64,000 bases of DNA from assembly GCF_036321535.1 (NCBI RefSeq), contig NC_087447.1, positions 49,168,001 through 49,232,000 on the forward strand, written 5' to 3'. This document shows, piece by piece, positions 13,890-27,212 of the stretch. Both the position numbers and the translations under genes were made by a program. Under the pieces are notes generated by a model. The model was not told the DNA's origin. It made no database searches and was given only the letters and a program-made list of their open reading frames with translations. The DNA comes from Camelus dromedarius (taxonomy: Eukaryota). Position 1 is the stretch's first letter. Every line of letters starts with the position of its first letter.

Positions 13890-14830
13890 GAACCACTTAC
13901 TTCTTGACCTGAAGCAGTTCCATTTCTCCTGGGATGACCTCACATTGCACCACACTGATTCTTCCTTCTGCTCATCCTCAAGTGTTGGAATGCTCCAAAG
14001 TTCCAGCCTCAATCTTCCATTTGCTATAGAAATTCCCTCTAATGACCTAATTTACTCACACAACTGTGATCATTTGTTTATCAGCAATTCCCAAATCTCT
14101 GTCTCCAGGGTAGGGCTTCACTCTACACCCAGATATCCAACTGACCTCTGATTCAAGACCAAACCCATCTGCAGCTCCCAAGCCTGCTCCTCCTCCTGTG
14201 CTCCCTCCATCCACAGCCTCCATGGCTAGAAGCCCACACAGCTTCCTTGAATCTTCTCTGCCCTTTGCTTCCCACATCCAATCACAGAAATTACATGGAT
14301 TCTATGCCCTCTTAGACTACCTGGAATCTGTGCCTTCCTTTCTAGGAAACAGAACACAGTAGAAAGAGCATGGGCTTTAGGATTGGACAGACCTGGGTTG
14401 AAATCCTGCCTCTGCCACTTATTGGCTATGTGACTTTGGGCAACTCTCTTAATTCAGCCAAGGCTTAATTTCCTTATCTACAAAATGGGGATAATAGATC
14501 ACTTTGAAGAGTTGTTGTGAAGATTAGAAAAAATGATGTAAATACCTAGCACTGTGCCTGTCCCATGGTAACACTTAATGGTAGTATTCATCATAATGAT
14601 GATAATGATGATTATTATTATTTCTGGATTCACTGTTATTGCTCTAATCTAGGACATCATCTTCTCTCTCCTGGACCATTGCATTAGCCTCCTCACTGAA
14701 CTCCCTGCCTTCATTCTCCATTGCCACCCCCTGAAATCTGCTTTTCACAGTAGTTGGGGAAATTTTTCTAAAATGCAAAACTGATCATATCTACCTGCTT
14801 GAAACTCTTCTCTCCCTCATTCCATCTGCC
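13890..14830. mobile_element. L2 remnants (interrupted by MIR)
   Basis: ttcccaaatctctgtctccag, cccacatccaatc, catcatcttctctctcctggaccattgcattagcctcctcactg and ttctaaaatgcaaaactgatcat are L2-like. Confidence 0.6.
14350..14620. mobile_element. MIR SINE (best-preserved example; others at ~5.0, 5.8, 8.1, 10.6, 11.7, 22.5, 23.1, 24.0, 41.8, 54.3 kb)
   Basis: agacctgggttgaaatcctgcctctgccactta...tgtgactttgggcaa...tttccttatctacaaaatggggataata MIR core. Confidence 0.85.
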
Positions 14831-17800
14831 CTGTGTCCCAGCCATAGGGGTCTCCAAGCACACGATGGTCACTGACTACATTCTGCCACGTTTCATTCAA
14901 GCAGTCGCCTCTGCCTCTACCTGAATGTCTCCTTTCTCCTCCTTCCCTCACTCCCTTCCTGGCAAATCCTCACCTTTTCCACCAGTGCCAACATCTGCCA
15001 CCTCTCCCTGGATGTCTGTTTACTTGGAGTTGACTGCCAGCTCCTTGAGGGTAGGGGGAGAGTCTGACGTTTCTTTGTGGCCTCTGCCTGCCTGCACAGG
15101 GCTTGGAATAGAGAAGGGCCTCACAGAATGTCTTCAGACTCTTACCCAAGGTCACAGAGTGGGTCAGCAAGAGGGCCAAGGCTTGAACCCAGGTCCCTTG
15201 TCTTCCTGCCAGGATCCTTTCTTCTGTGCACATCATTTTGCCCCAGCAGAGGGCGGGAGCCCAGGACTGGTGGCTGGGGTGGGGGACTACCCCACTTCTG
15301 CCTGAGGGCATCACTCACCCCATCTCAGTGTGGCTCCAGAGAGTGGGGGAAGGATAAAATTATCCACTGCCCATGCCCTGTACCTCCCCATCCAACATGG
15401 ACTAGAGATAAAAAATGAAGGACACAAAATCCAATCTTCCTTGGTGCAGAGGTTGGCAATAGTGTGGTGGGGGTGGGGCTGGTGGCCCGAGCAGCCCCTC
15501 ATCTCGCAGCGCATCTCATATTTATTGGCTCATAATTGAAGGCAGCCTGGAGATGTCCCAGCACCAGATCGGGCAAGACAGATGGGGGCACAATGACTGC
15601 TGGGGGAGGGAGTCAGGACACAGACTTACTCGCTAGGCTGCAGCTGTGGAGGGGAGGCCACGGAAGGGGAGGCAGCTAGTCAGCTGCTGCATTGGCCCCT
15701 GGGGTCTGACCCAGGCTCAAGGTCCTGCTTCTGTCATCCACTTGTGATGACCTTGGGTCAGACCCCTCCTTCTCCAGACCCATCATTTCAGGCTTCTGGA
15801 TTTTATTACTAGGGTATGGGAGAGCTGTTCTGGGATTGGAAAAATCTGGGATACTTATTTGCTGTGTGGCTTTAGGTGATTCTCTTTACCTCTCTGAGCT
15901 TTGTGCTTTCTCCTTGCAAAAGATCAAGGGGGCTGAGCTGGCCTACAAGCAGCTAGGCTGTGCAATTTGGCAACAGCACTGGAAAGCTTCCTGTAGTGGA
16001 AAAGGCAAAAAACCCAGAATGCTGCCAAATATGAATAAACTGCCATAGTCCCCGACGAGCCACATTCCCAGGCTTGGCGTCCGGGGCCGTGAAGCCTGTG
16101 TAATCTCACCTCTTCTATTTGTGCTGTGGTGGGAGAGGCTCTGGGGCGGGCACCAGGTGCCTGGGTTCTGGCCAGTCTCCCCACCCTCCTGCTGGTGACT
16201 GTGGCAGGGCCTTTACGTCTTCAGGTCTCAGTTTCCCCACCTGTAAGGTTTCTGCCTGTGCTCTAGGAGGCAGTTAGGCCCCCCAAGCCTAGAGCCAGTT
16301 AGCAGCTATGTTCTGCGGCTCTCCCTCTGTGTCCCCCAAATCCGTCCCTTCCCTCTCCCTTATGGCCACTGCCTCACCTCAGTACCCCTTTTTCCCTCCC
16401 AGACCAGTGCAGTAGCCTCTTCACTGGTCTCGCAGCCTCTGTCCTCCACACTACCCTCTCCAGTCAGAGTGACACTTCTAAAGCATTTATCTGACTGCGC
16501 CTGCCCCTCCCTGTGCCAAACACTTCCTCAGCTCCCTGCTGCCCTCAGTTGAGCTCCTCAACTTGGCACTGAAGACCCTGCAGGACCTGGCCCTGTCTTG
16601 TCCCCCAGCTGTCTGCATTTGCAGCCTGGCTTCCTCGCCCCCCTCCTCACATTTGCTCAAACTGTTCTCCCAGGCCCTCGCCCTGCCCAGTGTTGTGCTT
16701 AGGCCCCTGCTCCAGCCCCTCCAGAAGTTTGTCGAGATCCAAGCCCCACAGAGGACCCATTCTGTGGAGTCACCACAGCCTCAAGTGGAAGTGATACTGT
16801 CTGTTTTCCCTCCTACTGCTGATGACCAGAGAGTGTCTGAGCCACAGGGGGCCCAGCAGTGACCTCCTATAATCCCTCATTGTACAGATGGAGAAACTGA
16901 GGCCCAGACAGGGCAGTGGCCACCTAGCAAGTCAGTGTAGAGCCAGGTCTGGGGCTTATCTAGTCCTTCTGTCCAGGGTGAGGGCACAGGCTAGAGCAGG
17001 ACTGCAGAAAAGGCAGAACACTCTAGAGGCACGTCAGCAGGGGCATCTGGGCTATCCACCTCTTGGGGTGAGAGATCTTAGCAGGAGAGACTTAGGCAGG
17101 GGAGGGGCTTCTGCTAATTGAAATCCCATCCTCATTGGGCTCCTGCTGGTTCTGTTCTATCAGGGTTGCAAGTCTCTGAATTTACCTGACTGAGGCACAG
17201 GATAGGATAGGATTTGCCCAGTTGCCCCAGAATGTTAGGGCCGGGCCTGAGACCAAAATCCAAGGCCCCAGGTCCCCAGCCAGGAGCCCACCTAGCACTC
17301 CACATTTCCATTCCATGACATGGAGTGGTGAGCCAGGGACTTGCACAGAGGTTGTGCAGAGACAGAGAGGAGTGACTACTGAGTAGGGTTTGTGCTCAGT
17401 GAAGAGGGATGGGCACATCCTGCCTTTCAGGGCTCCAGAGAGAAGACCATGGGCAAGGGCAATGGGAAACTTCCTAGTCCCTCCCCACACGAGAGTGCAC
17501 TCCATCTGGGCTGCAGCAAAAGTTGTGCACTGCACAAAGCTACCACCCAGACTTCATTCTACTCAGAAAGTTTTCCCTCTCAAGACCTCTCTGTCTATGC
17601 ATAGATCGGACAGCATCTGCCTTCAGTACCATTTTGAATTCACCAGGAAAGAGGGCTTCTTTGTAATCCGTCTACCATGGGGGGATTTGCATAAAGGCTG
17701 TGGTATAAGCTCGTGGTGGCCTGGCCTGTGTGAACACCTGTAGATTAATAGTTTGGAACCAGGCTAGACAGGACCCTGAGTGTCAGACGGAAGAGTTCAG

Positions 17801-18199
17801 ACTTTATCCTACAGGTGATGGGCATGCAAAAAATTTCAAGTAGGAAGTGGTATGGTCATACTTGAGTTCTAGAAAGACCACTGAAATGTAGCAACATAAG
17901 TGGGTTAGGGGGAGCCACAGAAGGCAGGAAGATCAGAAAGGAGGTTGGGGTCATGATGCCAGAGAAAGACAATGAGGCTCAAGGTGGGCAGAGGCCATAG
18001 GAATGGAGAGGGCATTATGGATTTGAAAGATCTTCTAACATTTCTGTCCAACCCCAGTGAACAGCAGGTGCTGGGGTGAGGAAAGAGGAGTTAAGGATAT
18101 AGCTCAGATTTGAAAGGGTAGAAGGATAGTCTTAGAAAGTAGGCTTCCCTGTAGGGGAGTGCTCTACACCCACCCTTGAAGCCATCTATTTACCCACGC

Positions 18200-18253
18200 T
18201 TCCATCTACTCATCCATCCATCCATCCAAACATCCATGCAACCATCTATCCAA
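18200..18253. repeat. (CCAT)n degenerate tetranucleotide repeat
   Basis: ccatctactcatccatccatccatccaaacatccatgcaaccatctatcca. Confidence 0.85.
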
Positions 18254-18521
18254 TGCTCACTGAGGCTTTCTCCTTTGCCAAACCTCCACATGCTGGGAAC
18301 TCAAAATGGTCAGTGATGAACCCTACTCCTGTGGAACCAGAGAAACAGATCTGTCCTCCCTCACTCTCCCACCTTAACAGCACTTCTTGTTGCTAGTCTC
18401 TGTCCATGGGGAATGTAACAGATGTGACTGGCTGGCATTTCTTCTCAGAAAGTTAGTCACATAGGGGCTGGGGAGGGGGTCTCCATCCTGCCTGGAAATT
18501 AGTATTAAAGCTACAAATCTT

Positions 18522-19627
18522 ACCAATTTACATTCCCACCAATAGTGCCCAAGGATTCCGTTTTCTCCACATCCTCTCCCACATTTGTTATTTGTACACT
18601 TTTTGATGATAGCCATTCTGACAGGTGTGAGGTGGTATTTCATTGTGGTTTTGATTTACATTTCTCTAGTAATTAGTAATGTTGAGCATCTTTTTATGTA
18701 CCTGTTAACCATGTGTATGCCTTCTTTGGAAAAAAATGTCTATTCAGGTCTTCTGTCCTTTTTTTGACTAGTTTGTCTGTTTTTTTTTTTTGATATTGAG
18801 TTGATATTGATCTGTTTGTATACTTTGGATATTAACCCCTTGGTGATCACATTATTTGCAAATACTTTTTTCCATTTTGTAGGTTGCCTTTTTGTTTTTT
18901 CAATGGTTTCCTTTGTTGTGCAAAAGCTCTTAGGTTTAATTAGGTCCCATTTGTTTATTTTTTCTTTTATGGAAAACAGTACACAGCTTCCTCAAAAAAC
19001 TAAAAATAGAACTACCATAAGATCCAGCAATTCCACTTGTGGGTATATATCCAGAAAAAATGAAAACACTAATTAAAAAAGATACATGCACCCCAAAGTT
19101 TATAGCAGCACTATTTGTAATAACCAAGACACAGAAGCAACCCAAGTGCCTATTAACAGATGATTCAGTTAAGAAAATATGTCATATATATAATGAAATA
19201 TTACTTAGTCATAAAAAAGAATGAAATTCTGCCATTTGCAGCAACATGAATGGACCTAGAGAATATTATGCTTAGTAAAATAAAAGAAATACAAATGCTA
19301 TATGATATCACTTATATGTGAAATCTAAAAAATAATACGAATGAATATATATGCAAAACAAAAACAGACTCACAGACAGAAAACAAACTTGTGGTTACCA
19401 AAGGGAAGAGGGAATGGGAGAGGGACAAATTAGGGTATGGGATTAACAGATACACATTACTGTGTATAAAACAGATAAGCAACAAGGATATACTGTATAG
19501 CACAGGGAATTGTAGCTGTTAACTTGTAATAACCTATAATGGAGTATAATCTGCAAAAATACTGAATCACTATGCTATACATCTGAAACTAATATAACAT
19601 TGTAAATCAGCTGTACTTCAATTTTTA
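18522..19627. mobile_element. 5'-inverted (twin-primed) L1 insertion
   Basis: 18522-~18968 is L1 ORF2 on the minus strand ([15 protein letters not shown]); ~18969-19627 is the following L1 3' end on the plus strand. Degenerate TSD aaagctacaaatctt (18507-18521) / aaagttgcaaatctt (19628-19642). Confidence 0.9.
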
Positions 19628-21924
19628 AAAGTTGCAAATCTTGGCCATTGACAGCTTCATGACATGATTGGGTACATGGACAATGGCAAGGGGCTCAGCT
19701 TCCTTCTCCAGGTGACACAACCTGACTTCCAACTCTGGTTAGGACTTGTCCCTACCAGGTGCTGCCACCCATTCAGAAACACGAGCTCCTCTACTGGGTG
19801 TCAGGGACACTTGGTCCTTGCCCTTCCAGCCCACAGGCCTAGAGATGGGAGACAGAGACCCTTGAGGGGAGAGAAGATAAAACTAAATCACTGCAGTGGT
19901 GGTGGGTAGAGGCGAAGGGAAGGATGCCAGAGAAGTAGAACTGGCAAGAGGTATGTGATGTCCAGGGTCCTGGGTGCCTAGGGGTGAGGGTGGCCAGGTG
20001 GGAGGTTAGAATGCACCTGCCGCACTGAGTTGTTTCTGGAGCCCAGGCCCACGGGGTCCTACAAGGGAATGAGTCCTGATCGGAAAACTGGTCCCTACTA
20101 GGGGAAGGTTTAGGAGATTCTCCCCAGGTCCCATTCCACATTCCAGGGAACCATTGTCTTAGGGCTGAGGTCACTGCTTTGGATGAAAGGCTGTTTTATG
20201 CAGGCCCAAGCTGGTGGTCTCATTAGGTGGCACCATTAGGAAGCTTTTTCAAGGGTCAGGTTATTTGTTTCCCAGATGTAATTTCATAGGAGGAATATGA
20301 CCAAAATGGAACCTTGTCAATCTAACAGCAGAAGCAGCCTGTTCAAGATGCAAAATCAGGGGTTTCCTACATAGCATGTCTGTCAGTGACATCATAAATC
20401 TTGTGTTCATTCTGCGAATAATGACAGAATACTGTGAATTAGGCTCAATGCCAGGCTCGAGGAGTCTACAGCTTAGGCCTACATTTCCTTTAGTGTTTAT
20501 GGTTTCATTTTCCACATTTTATTCTTTAACTCACTTAGGGTTTATTTGGGCATATGGTATAAGATGAAGCTGTAAAATATTTCCCCCAATTGTACTGGGT
20601 ACATGTGGGTTGTAATCTAGATCAGAAATTTCCAGAGTGATTCTATAGAGTACTGGTCCCATAAGATGCTCAGGAGTCAAAAAGATCTGTAGACAAAAAA
20701 GTTTAGGAGCTATTGTATCCTGATAACCTTCTTAGAGATTCACAGGGGTCATGAGCATAGTAAAGGCCCAGAGGAGTCCTGCAGTAAGGACATTTTTATG
20801 TCTTGCTTTCTAATTTTATTTCACTACAGAACCTGTTGTTAAATTATAACTCTGAACACAATGCAGAGCATCCATTTTGCAGTAAAGATGACAGCAGAGT
20901 AGAACCGAGACTGAGGCCTCCTCTGCCTCAGCTTCTACCTGCTTGTGGATTTGGGGTCTGGCCAGGAAGACTGATATGCACTCGACTAGCTCTGCGCCAA
21001 GGCCTGCAGTCCCAAGATCTCTGCCAGGAGCCACAAACCAGAGCTCTGCCCCAGGGAGGGAGAGGCGGCCTGTCTGGCACTTGGCTAAGACTTACAGAGG
21101 ATGTTTGCTCTGCGCTTTGAAGGATGAGCAGAAGTGTATGGTGGAAATATCTCTTGTGAGGGTAGGACCTCCAGCAGTGACACCCTGCCAGGGCAGGGAC
21201 ACAGGCCATGCCTTCAGAACAAGGGACAGACCGAGCTATCTGAACAGAACACCAAAATTAGATGCCCATGGGGAAGCCAGGTGAGAACACAAATGCTTGT
21301 AACAAGGGGCAAAGGTGAGTGCGGGTATGCGGCCAGAACAGGTGCAGGGAAGGGTACTTAGCATTCATTTTCCAAGTTCCAGGTCTGCCTTGATGAGGCA
21401 GGGTCTCCTGGGTACTCATTATGACAGACGGTGCAGGGCACACATGTGACCCCCTCCCAAGGCCTCTTTTTCCTCTGGGAGTCTGCAGAGTTGTCTGGAA
21501 CAAATAGCTGGGGAGTTGGGGTGGAGTGAGAGGAGACTATGGGGACCCGGATTCCTAGGGATTAATTAGGGCCCTTCAATGTGATCTGTTTCCCCTCTGG
21601 AGGCCAATTAGGGAAGGAAGCTTCGGAAGTGGGGAGAAGAGAGTAGGTATGTGTGCGTGTGTCTGAGGCAGGCCCATCTGTCCTGTGCTAGGCTGGGTCC
21701 CTCTGAGGGGAGAGCAGACCTCAGGGGTACCGTGTCCACTTACAGGAAAAGTACAAATGCAGAGATAATCACAGAACTGTTTTCATCATCTAAGGACTAG
21801 ACTTCAGTGTTGCTCTATATGAAGTGCATCATCTTCATCACAGAAATCACCTCCGTAGTAATAAACCTGTACTGAGCACTCGCTAGGCGCCAGGCCCTAG
21901 GCTAGGCCTTTACATTCATGATCC

Positions 21925-22468
21925 ACCAGCAATGCACAGGGTTCTAATTTTTCCTCATCCTTGCCAATATTTGTTTTTGTTTGTTTGTTTCTTTGTTTTG
22001 ATGATAGCCATCCAGGTGGGTGAAGTGGTTTTGATTTGCATTTCCCTAATAATTAGTGATGTTGAGCATCCTTTCATGTGCTTATAGGCCATGTGTATAT
22101 CTTTTTTGAAGCGATGTCTATTCAAGGCTTTTGCCCATTTTTAAATTGGGTTGTTTGGGATTTTTTGTTGTTGTTGAGCTGTAGGCATTCTGTATGTATT
22201 TTGGATGTTAATCACTCATCAGATACATGCTTTGCAAATATTTTCTCCCATTCTACGGTTTGCCCTTTTACTCCTTTGGATAGTATCCTTTGATGAAGAA
22301 AATATTTTCATTTTGATGAAGCTCAATTTTCTATTTTTTCTTTTGTTGCCTGTGCTTTTGTTGTCATATTCAAAAAAATCATTGCCCGATCCGGTGTCAT
22401 GAAGCTTTTCCTCTATGTTTTATTCTAAGGGTTTTGTATTTTTAGCTCTTATGTTTAGGTCTTTGGGA
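21925..22468 (-). mobile_element. L1 ORF2 3' fragment inside a MIR
   Basis: Hallmark L1 antisense text (gttttgatttgcatttccctaataattagtgatgttgagcatc; tttgcaaatattttctcccattct). Confidence 0.85.
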
Positions 22469-24959
22469 CAGGCAGTTTTTAATCTTAACTCATTTAATAA
22501 ACATCTGTTAAACACTTACAAAAACGATGGCTCCTAGGCCAGGTGCTTGAAAATACAATGATGAGCACAACTCTTTATGTCAGGCATGTTATGGATGAGG
22601 TATTTGCACTTCAGAGAAATTAAATAAGCTGTGTAGAGTCACAGGACTAGTAAGTGCGAGAACCATGACCCTGCCTTAGATCTTCTTGTGACTTTAAATC
22701 TACTCTCCTGTCCCATGCTCCCACCTGGTTTGCACACCTCCTACAGCTCCTGAATGCCCAGGAACCAAGCCCATAAACTACAATGAGGCAGCCTTACTCT
22801 TTATTAGGCCAGTCCACATTTTCAGCCTCATCTTTCCTGAGCCACCTTTAGGTACCCCTCACTTGAGCTGGTGGCCTGGTCTCAGTCCAATCAATGCCCC
22901 ATGCTCTCTGTTTCTCTCTTCTTCTTTTTTCAAGCCCACTTATACTCAAAGGCCCAGCTGACAACCCACCTGCTCCAGGAAGACTTTCCTAACCTCTCAG
23001 CCCTCCTACATCTCTTCCCTTCCCTTTTCAAAGAATGTAAGGCCTCAGTATTATACTTATTTGTATCTCATTAAAATCCTTCTAATACTTGAATCAACAT
23101 CAGAATTGAAGTCAGAGAAACCTCATCTCGAATCCTCTTTCTGCCATTTTGTAAAGTCACATCATCTCTCAGAACCAGTTTCCTCCTCTGTAAAATGGGG
23201 ACAGAAATGCCCACATGGCTGGTTTGTTGTGAGACTTGGAAACAACAACCTGAATCCCCTGACACAGTGCACAACCCAGAGCAAGTGCAGTGATACTGGT
23301 TGTGGGTCCTCTCTCCTTCCCTCCTCCCTTCCTCTGTATATTCTCTGTTGCCCCAGTAACCTGGTGTGAATCTGCTCTTCTCACCCAGGTCACAGGCGTA
23401 TTCCCCTCCAGCAACTCCTGTTCTCTCGCTTTCCTGGCAGTGCAGCAGGAAAATCACCCTGTGCTCATCCTCTACGCCAGCCCGGGATTATTATTCTCCT
23501 TCTAGAGAAAGAAGTGAGGCCCAGAATGGAAAAGTGACTTAACTGAAGTCACACTTCTTAGCTAGTGCCACCCATGTATCTGATGGTTTATTTATTTGTG
23601 TATTTTGGGGTGGTTTATTTCATTAATAGCACTATATAAACTGTAATTATCCTGTTTATTTCTTGTTGTCTGTGCTCTCACTTGAATGTAGACTCCATAA
23701 GGACAGGAATTTTGACTTGTCCATCTCTCTATTTCCTATGCCTAGTTTTTGGTGTTTCTTTCATAGATGTTTGTTGAATGAAGATTGTTATCAATTTGAT
23801 TCAAAGGAAAAGGCAGTAGGGAGTAGTTAATTCAGAATGGCTATTGAAGGCAGCACTTTTTAAGAATGTTGAGATCCCTGAATCTATGAGCAATTTTTAG
23901 CATCCCGCAGGGTCAGATTCAGATGAACCCTTAAAGACATCTTGGTCCAAGTCCCTCATCTTACAGGGAGAGAACAGAGGTTCAGAGATGAGTAAGGACT
24001 TGGTGAGGAACACAGCAAGGCAGTGACAAAGCTTAACTGGAACCCTGGTCTCCTGCTGCCCAGCCTAGGCTTGTTTTCCTCCCCCAGTGGCAAGTTGTTT
24101 GCCTCAGGAATGTGAGGAGAAAGGCCTAGGGGAGGGGTCTGCACTCAGAGTGACTTGTCTTCATACATCAGTGACTGCTTCCTGTGCTCCCTCAGCTTTG
24201 AGCTCCCTCCCTCTGGGGGCCTCTCCATTGTCTCGAATGCAGGCAGAGCTCTGTGTCACCCTCCACTTGTGGAGGGAGGGATGGACAGAAAAGATGGGAT
24301 TCCAGAATCACAGACCCACACCATAGAACCCCAACCTCCATCTGTCCAGATAGGGATATTGAGGCCAAGAGGGGGCCAGGGACTTGTCCAAGAGCAGCTC
24401 CACACACTGGCTCAGCAGCCCAGTCTCCTGAGGAGGAAGCCCAGGTGAGCAGATTCTGGCCCCCTTCCCCAGGCACCAGCTCTGCCACAGGCTTTGTGGT
24501 TAGAGATTTACCATCAACTCATAGTGTGATGCGGGCTGGTTGTCCCCCTGCCCGGGTTCCCTTGCACAACGGGGAGAATGACCTCTCCCATACAGGAATG
24601 TTGTGAAAAACAGATGAAACAACATGTCTGAAGAATCCTTCAGAAAACTCTGTTTAATGTTGGGGACTTGAGTCTCCTTAACCTCAAATCCTCACCCGTC
24701 TTAACTGAGTCTTCAGCATCACTCAGACACCTTAGTGTCAGCTCCCGCTCCCATTTTCCATTGCACTATATGCTACTTCAAATCTTCATGTTACTCAAAT
24801 ACCTCTCACCCTTTCCCCCTGCTTCTCCTCCCCTTCTTCCTTATTCTGCCCCCACCCAGCCCACTTTCTTCTTCAAATTCTTCTTCTTCTTCCTATTTCT
24901 CCTCCACCCCCTTCTTCTTTCACCTTCCTCCTCATCTTCTTCTCTGACTTCTGCTCAAG

Positions 24960-26520
24960 ATTATCTTTTCTATTCTTAGATCTCTCCATTTACATTTAAA
25001 TTTTGGAATCCATTTGTTAATTTCCACACTTACACAAAACTCTGCTTAGATTTTGATTGGAATTTCATTGTGCATATATATCATTTTGAGAAAAATTGAC
25101 ATGTTTACAACAGTGAATCTTCCAGTATATGAGCGTGGCATATCCCCCTATTTATTTAGGTCTTTTTAATTTTTCTTAATAATGTATTGAGTTTCCTGTG
25201 CAGATAAATTACACATGTTGTGAACTGGAGTGGGATACTGAATTAGCACTGACTCTAGCATTTGAGAGATAATAGGGGAAACGATCATTATAAGGACCAT
25301 GGAGTTACTCAATTTTGGGTGTGTGTATGTGTGTGTGTAAAATCTCACTGCCTGTTTCTGCTCCTCTATCATCAAGATTTGATTTCCTTTTGCCTGAAAC
25401 ACCCTTTGGTGTGAATTTGATGATGAAAATTCTTTCAGCTTTTGTTTGTCAGAAAATGGCTTTGTTCGTCTTTCTTTTATAAAGGATATTTTCACTGGGT
25501 ATAGATTTTTTGGCTGACAATTATTTTCTATCATCACTTTGAAGGTATTATTACATTATCTTCTATTTCCATTGCTTCTGTTGAAAAATCTGCTGTCAGT
25601 GTATATAAAGGTTGTTCCTTGGAGGGAATTTGTCTTTTTTCTCTAGCTGCTTTAAGAATTTTTATTGGTCTTTGGTTTTTAGCAACTTTACTGTGATGTG
25701 CATGTTTATCCCTATTAGGGCTTATAGGATTGCTTGAGTATGGGCATTAATGTCTTCAGTCAGTTCTTTAAAAATCTCAATCATTAGATCTTCATATATT
25801 ACTTCTTTCCCATTTTCTCTCCCCATTACCTCTAGAGCTCCCTGTCTGGTCTTCCCTGAAGAAAGACCTCCTTTCTTCATTCCATAAATCTCTTATACTC
25901 TCTTCTGTATTTGTCCCGCTTTTGTTGCCTCATGCCTAATTCTGGACACTTTATTCTGACATATGTTCCCCCTCACTTATTTTTTTCTCTAGCTGTCTAA
26001 CTTGCTGACAAATTCATTTGTTGAATTTTAATTTCAGTTACTATATTTTTCAATTTTTAGAATTGTTTTTCTGGTTCTTTACCTTAGTTTCCTGTTCTCT
26101 GTTGAAATTCTCCATATCTTTAAGTGGGTTTTAGAAAAATATTTAATATTAAAGATTTCTTTTTCTTTGTTCCTTCCTTCTTAATTCTGGGCACTTTTTT
26201 CAATGTAGTCCTCCAATTTCCTAATGGTTTCTCAGTTATATCTGTTCTGTTGTTAACTTCATCAATTGTATTCTTTATTTCCACTATTACACTTTTCATC
26301 TTTAATATTTCTGCATGGATCTTTTGTTTTATCATTTGTGTTACACATTGATAATGTCTTACTGCACCATTATACATATATTTAAAAAGCTAAATATAAT
26401 TCTTGGGCTCTCTTATTTAATATTTCTGATATTGTTGAAATATGTAACCCAGTATATTGTCTTTTTCTTTAAAATGGTAGCACACCATAAATGCTTTGTT
26501 ACTGTAGTCTACTAATTCAT
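24960..26520 (-). mobile_element. Old L1 (L1M-type) ORF1/ORF2 remnants
   Basis: ORF1-like peptides NNCQPKNLYPVKISFIKE..K.FSDKQKLKEF and EILKMKSVIVEIKNTIDEVNNR on the minus strand. Confidence 0.75.
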
Positions 26521-27212
26521 TTCCCCTGTTGGTATTGGTTTTGCAGTATCAGGCAATGCATATGAGGGGAGGCCAGACCCAAACCGTCAGTCCTAGTTAG
26601 CTCAGGATGTGGAGAGCAGCTGAACCCTAGTTGGAGAAAATCATAATCAATCCCTCCTTTCCCAACAAGACGGACCTCAGGAGGTCAAGTCATCACCTCT
26701 TGCTTCACAAGCAGAAGCAGCATTAAGGTCAGACTGTAATTAGACTGTAATTACCCAGTTCTGGGGTTTTGAGGGGAACAGTGCCTGGGCAAGTGCCTGA
26801 GTCAGTTATTCACACCTCAGAAGTGCTTCTGGACTGCCCTGATTTTGCTGAGGCTACTTGGAATGGAGTTCCGAGTTGCTGCTGGTGCGGTGGGACAGAA
26901 GTCAAAGCAGAACTTCAATGGTTCCCCATTTGTTTTCTCCTCCTGCAATTCTTCAAGGCTGCCTCCTGCCCCAAACCAGTACTACCACCCTCCAATATAC
27001 CAGTTCTAAAAAGGCCCTGTCATACCAGGGATTTTGTCTTGTTTTCTCAGCATCCTGGTGTTTTTCCTCTCTGGCTCCTTGAGGTTGAGATTGTGGGAGG
27101 AAGCCAGCAGTTTTACTAGTTTGATGACTGGGACAGAACCTTTTAATTTATTTTCAAAATAGAGCTTCTTTTATTTTTTTTTATTATTACACAATTCTCA
27201 CTAAAAATAGAA

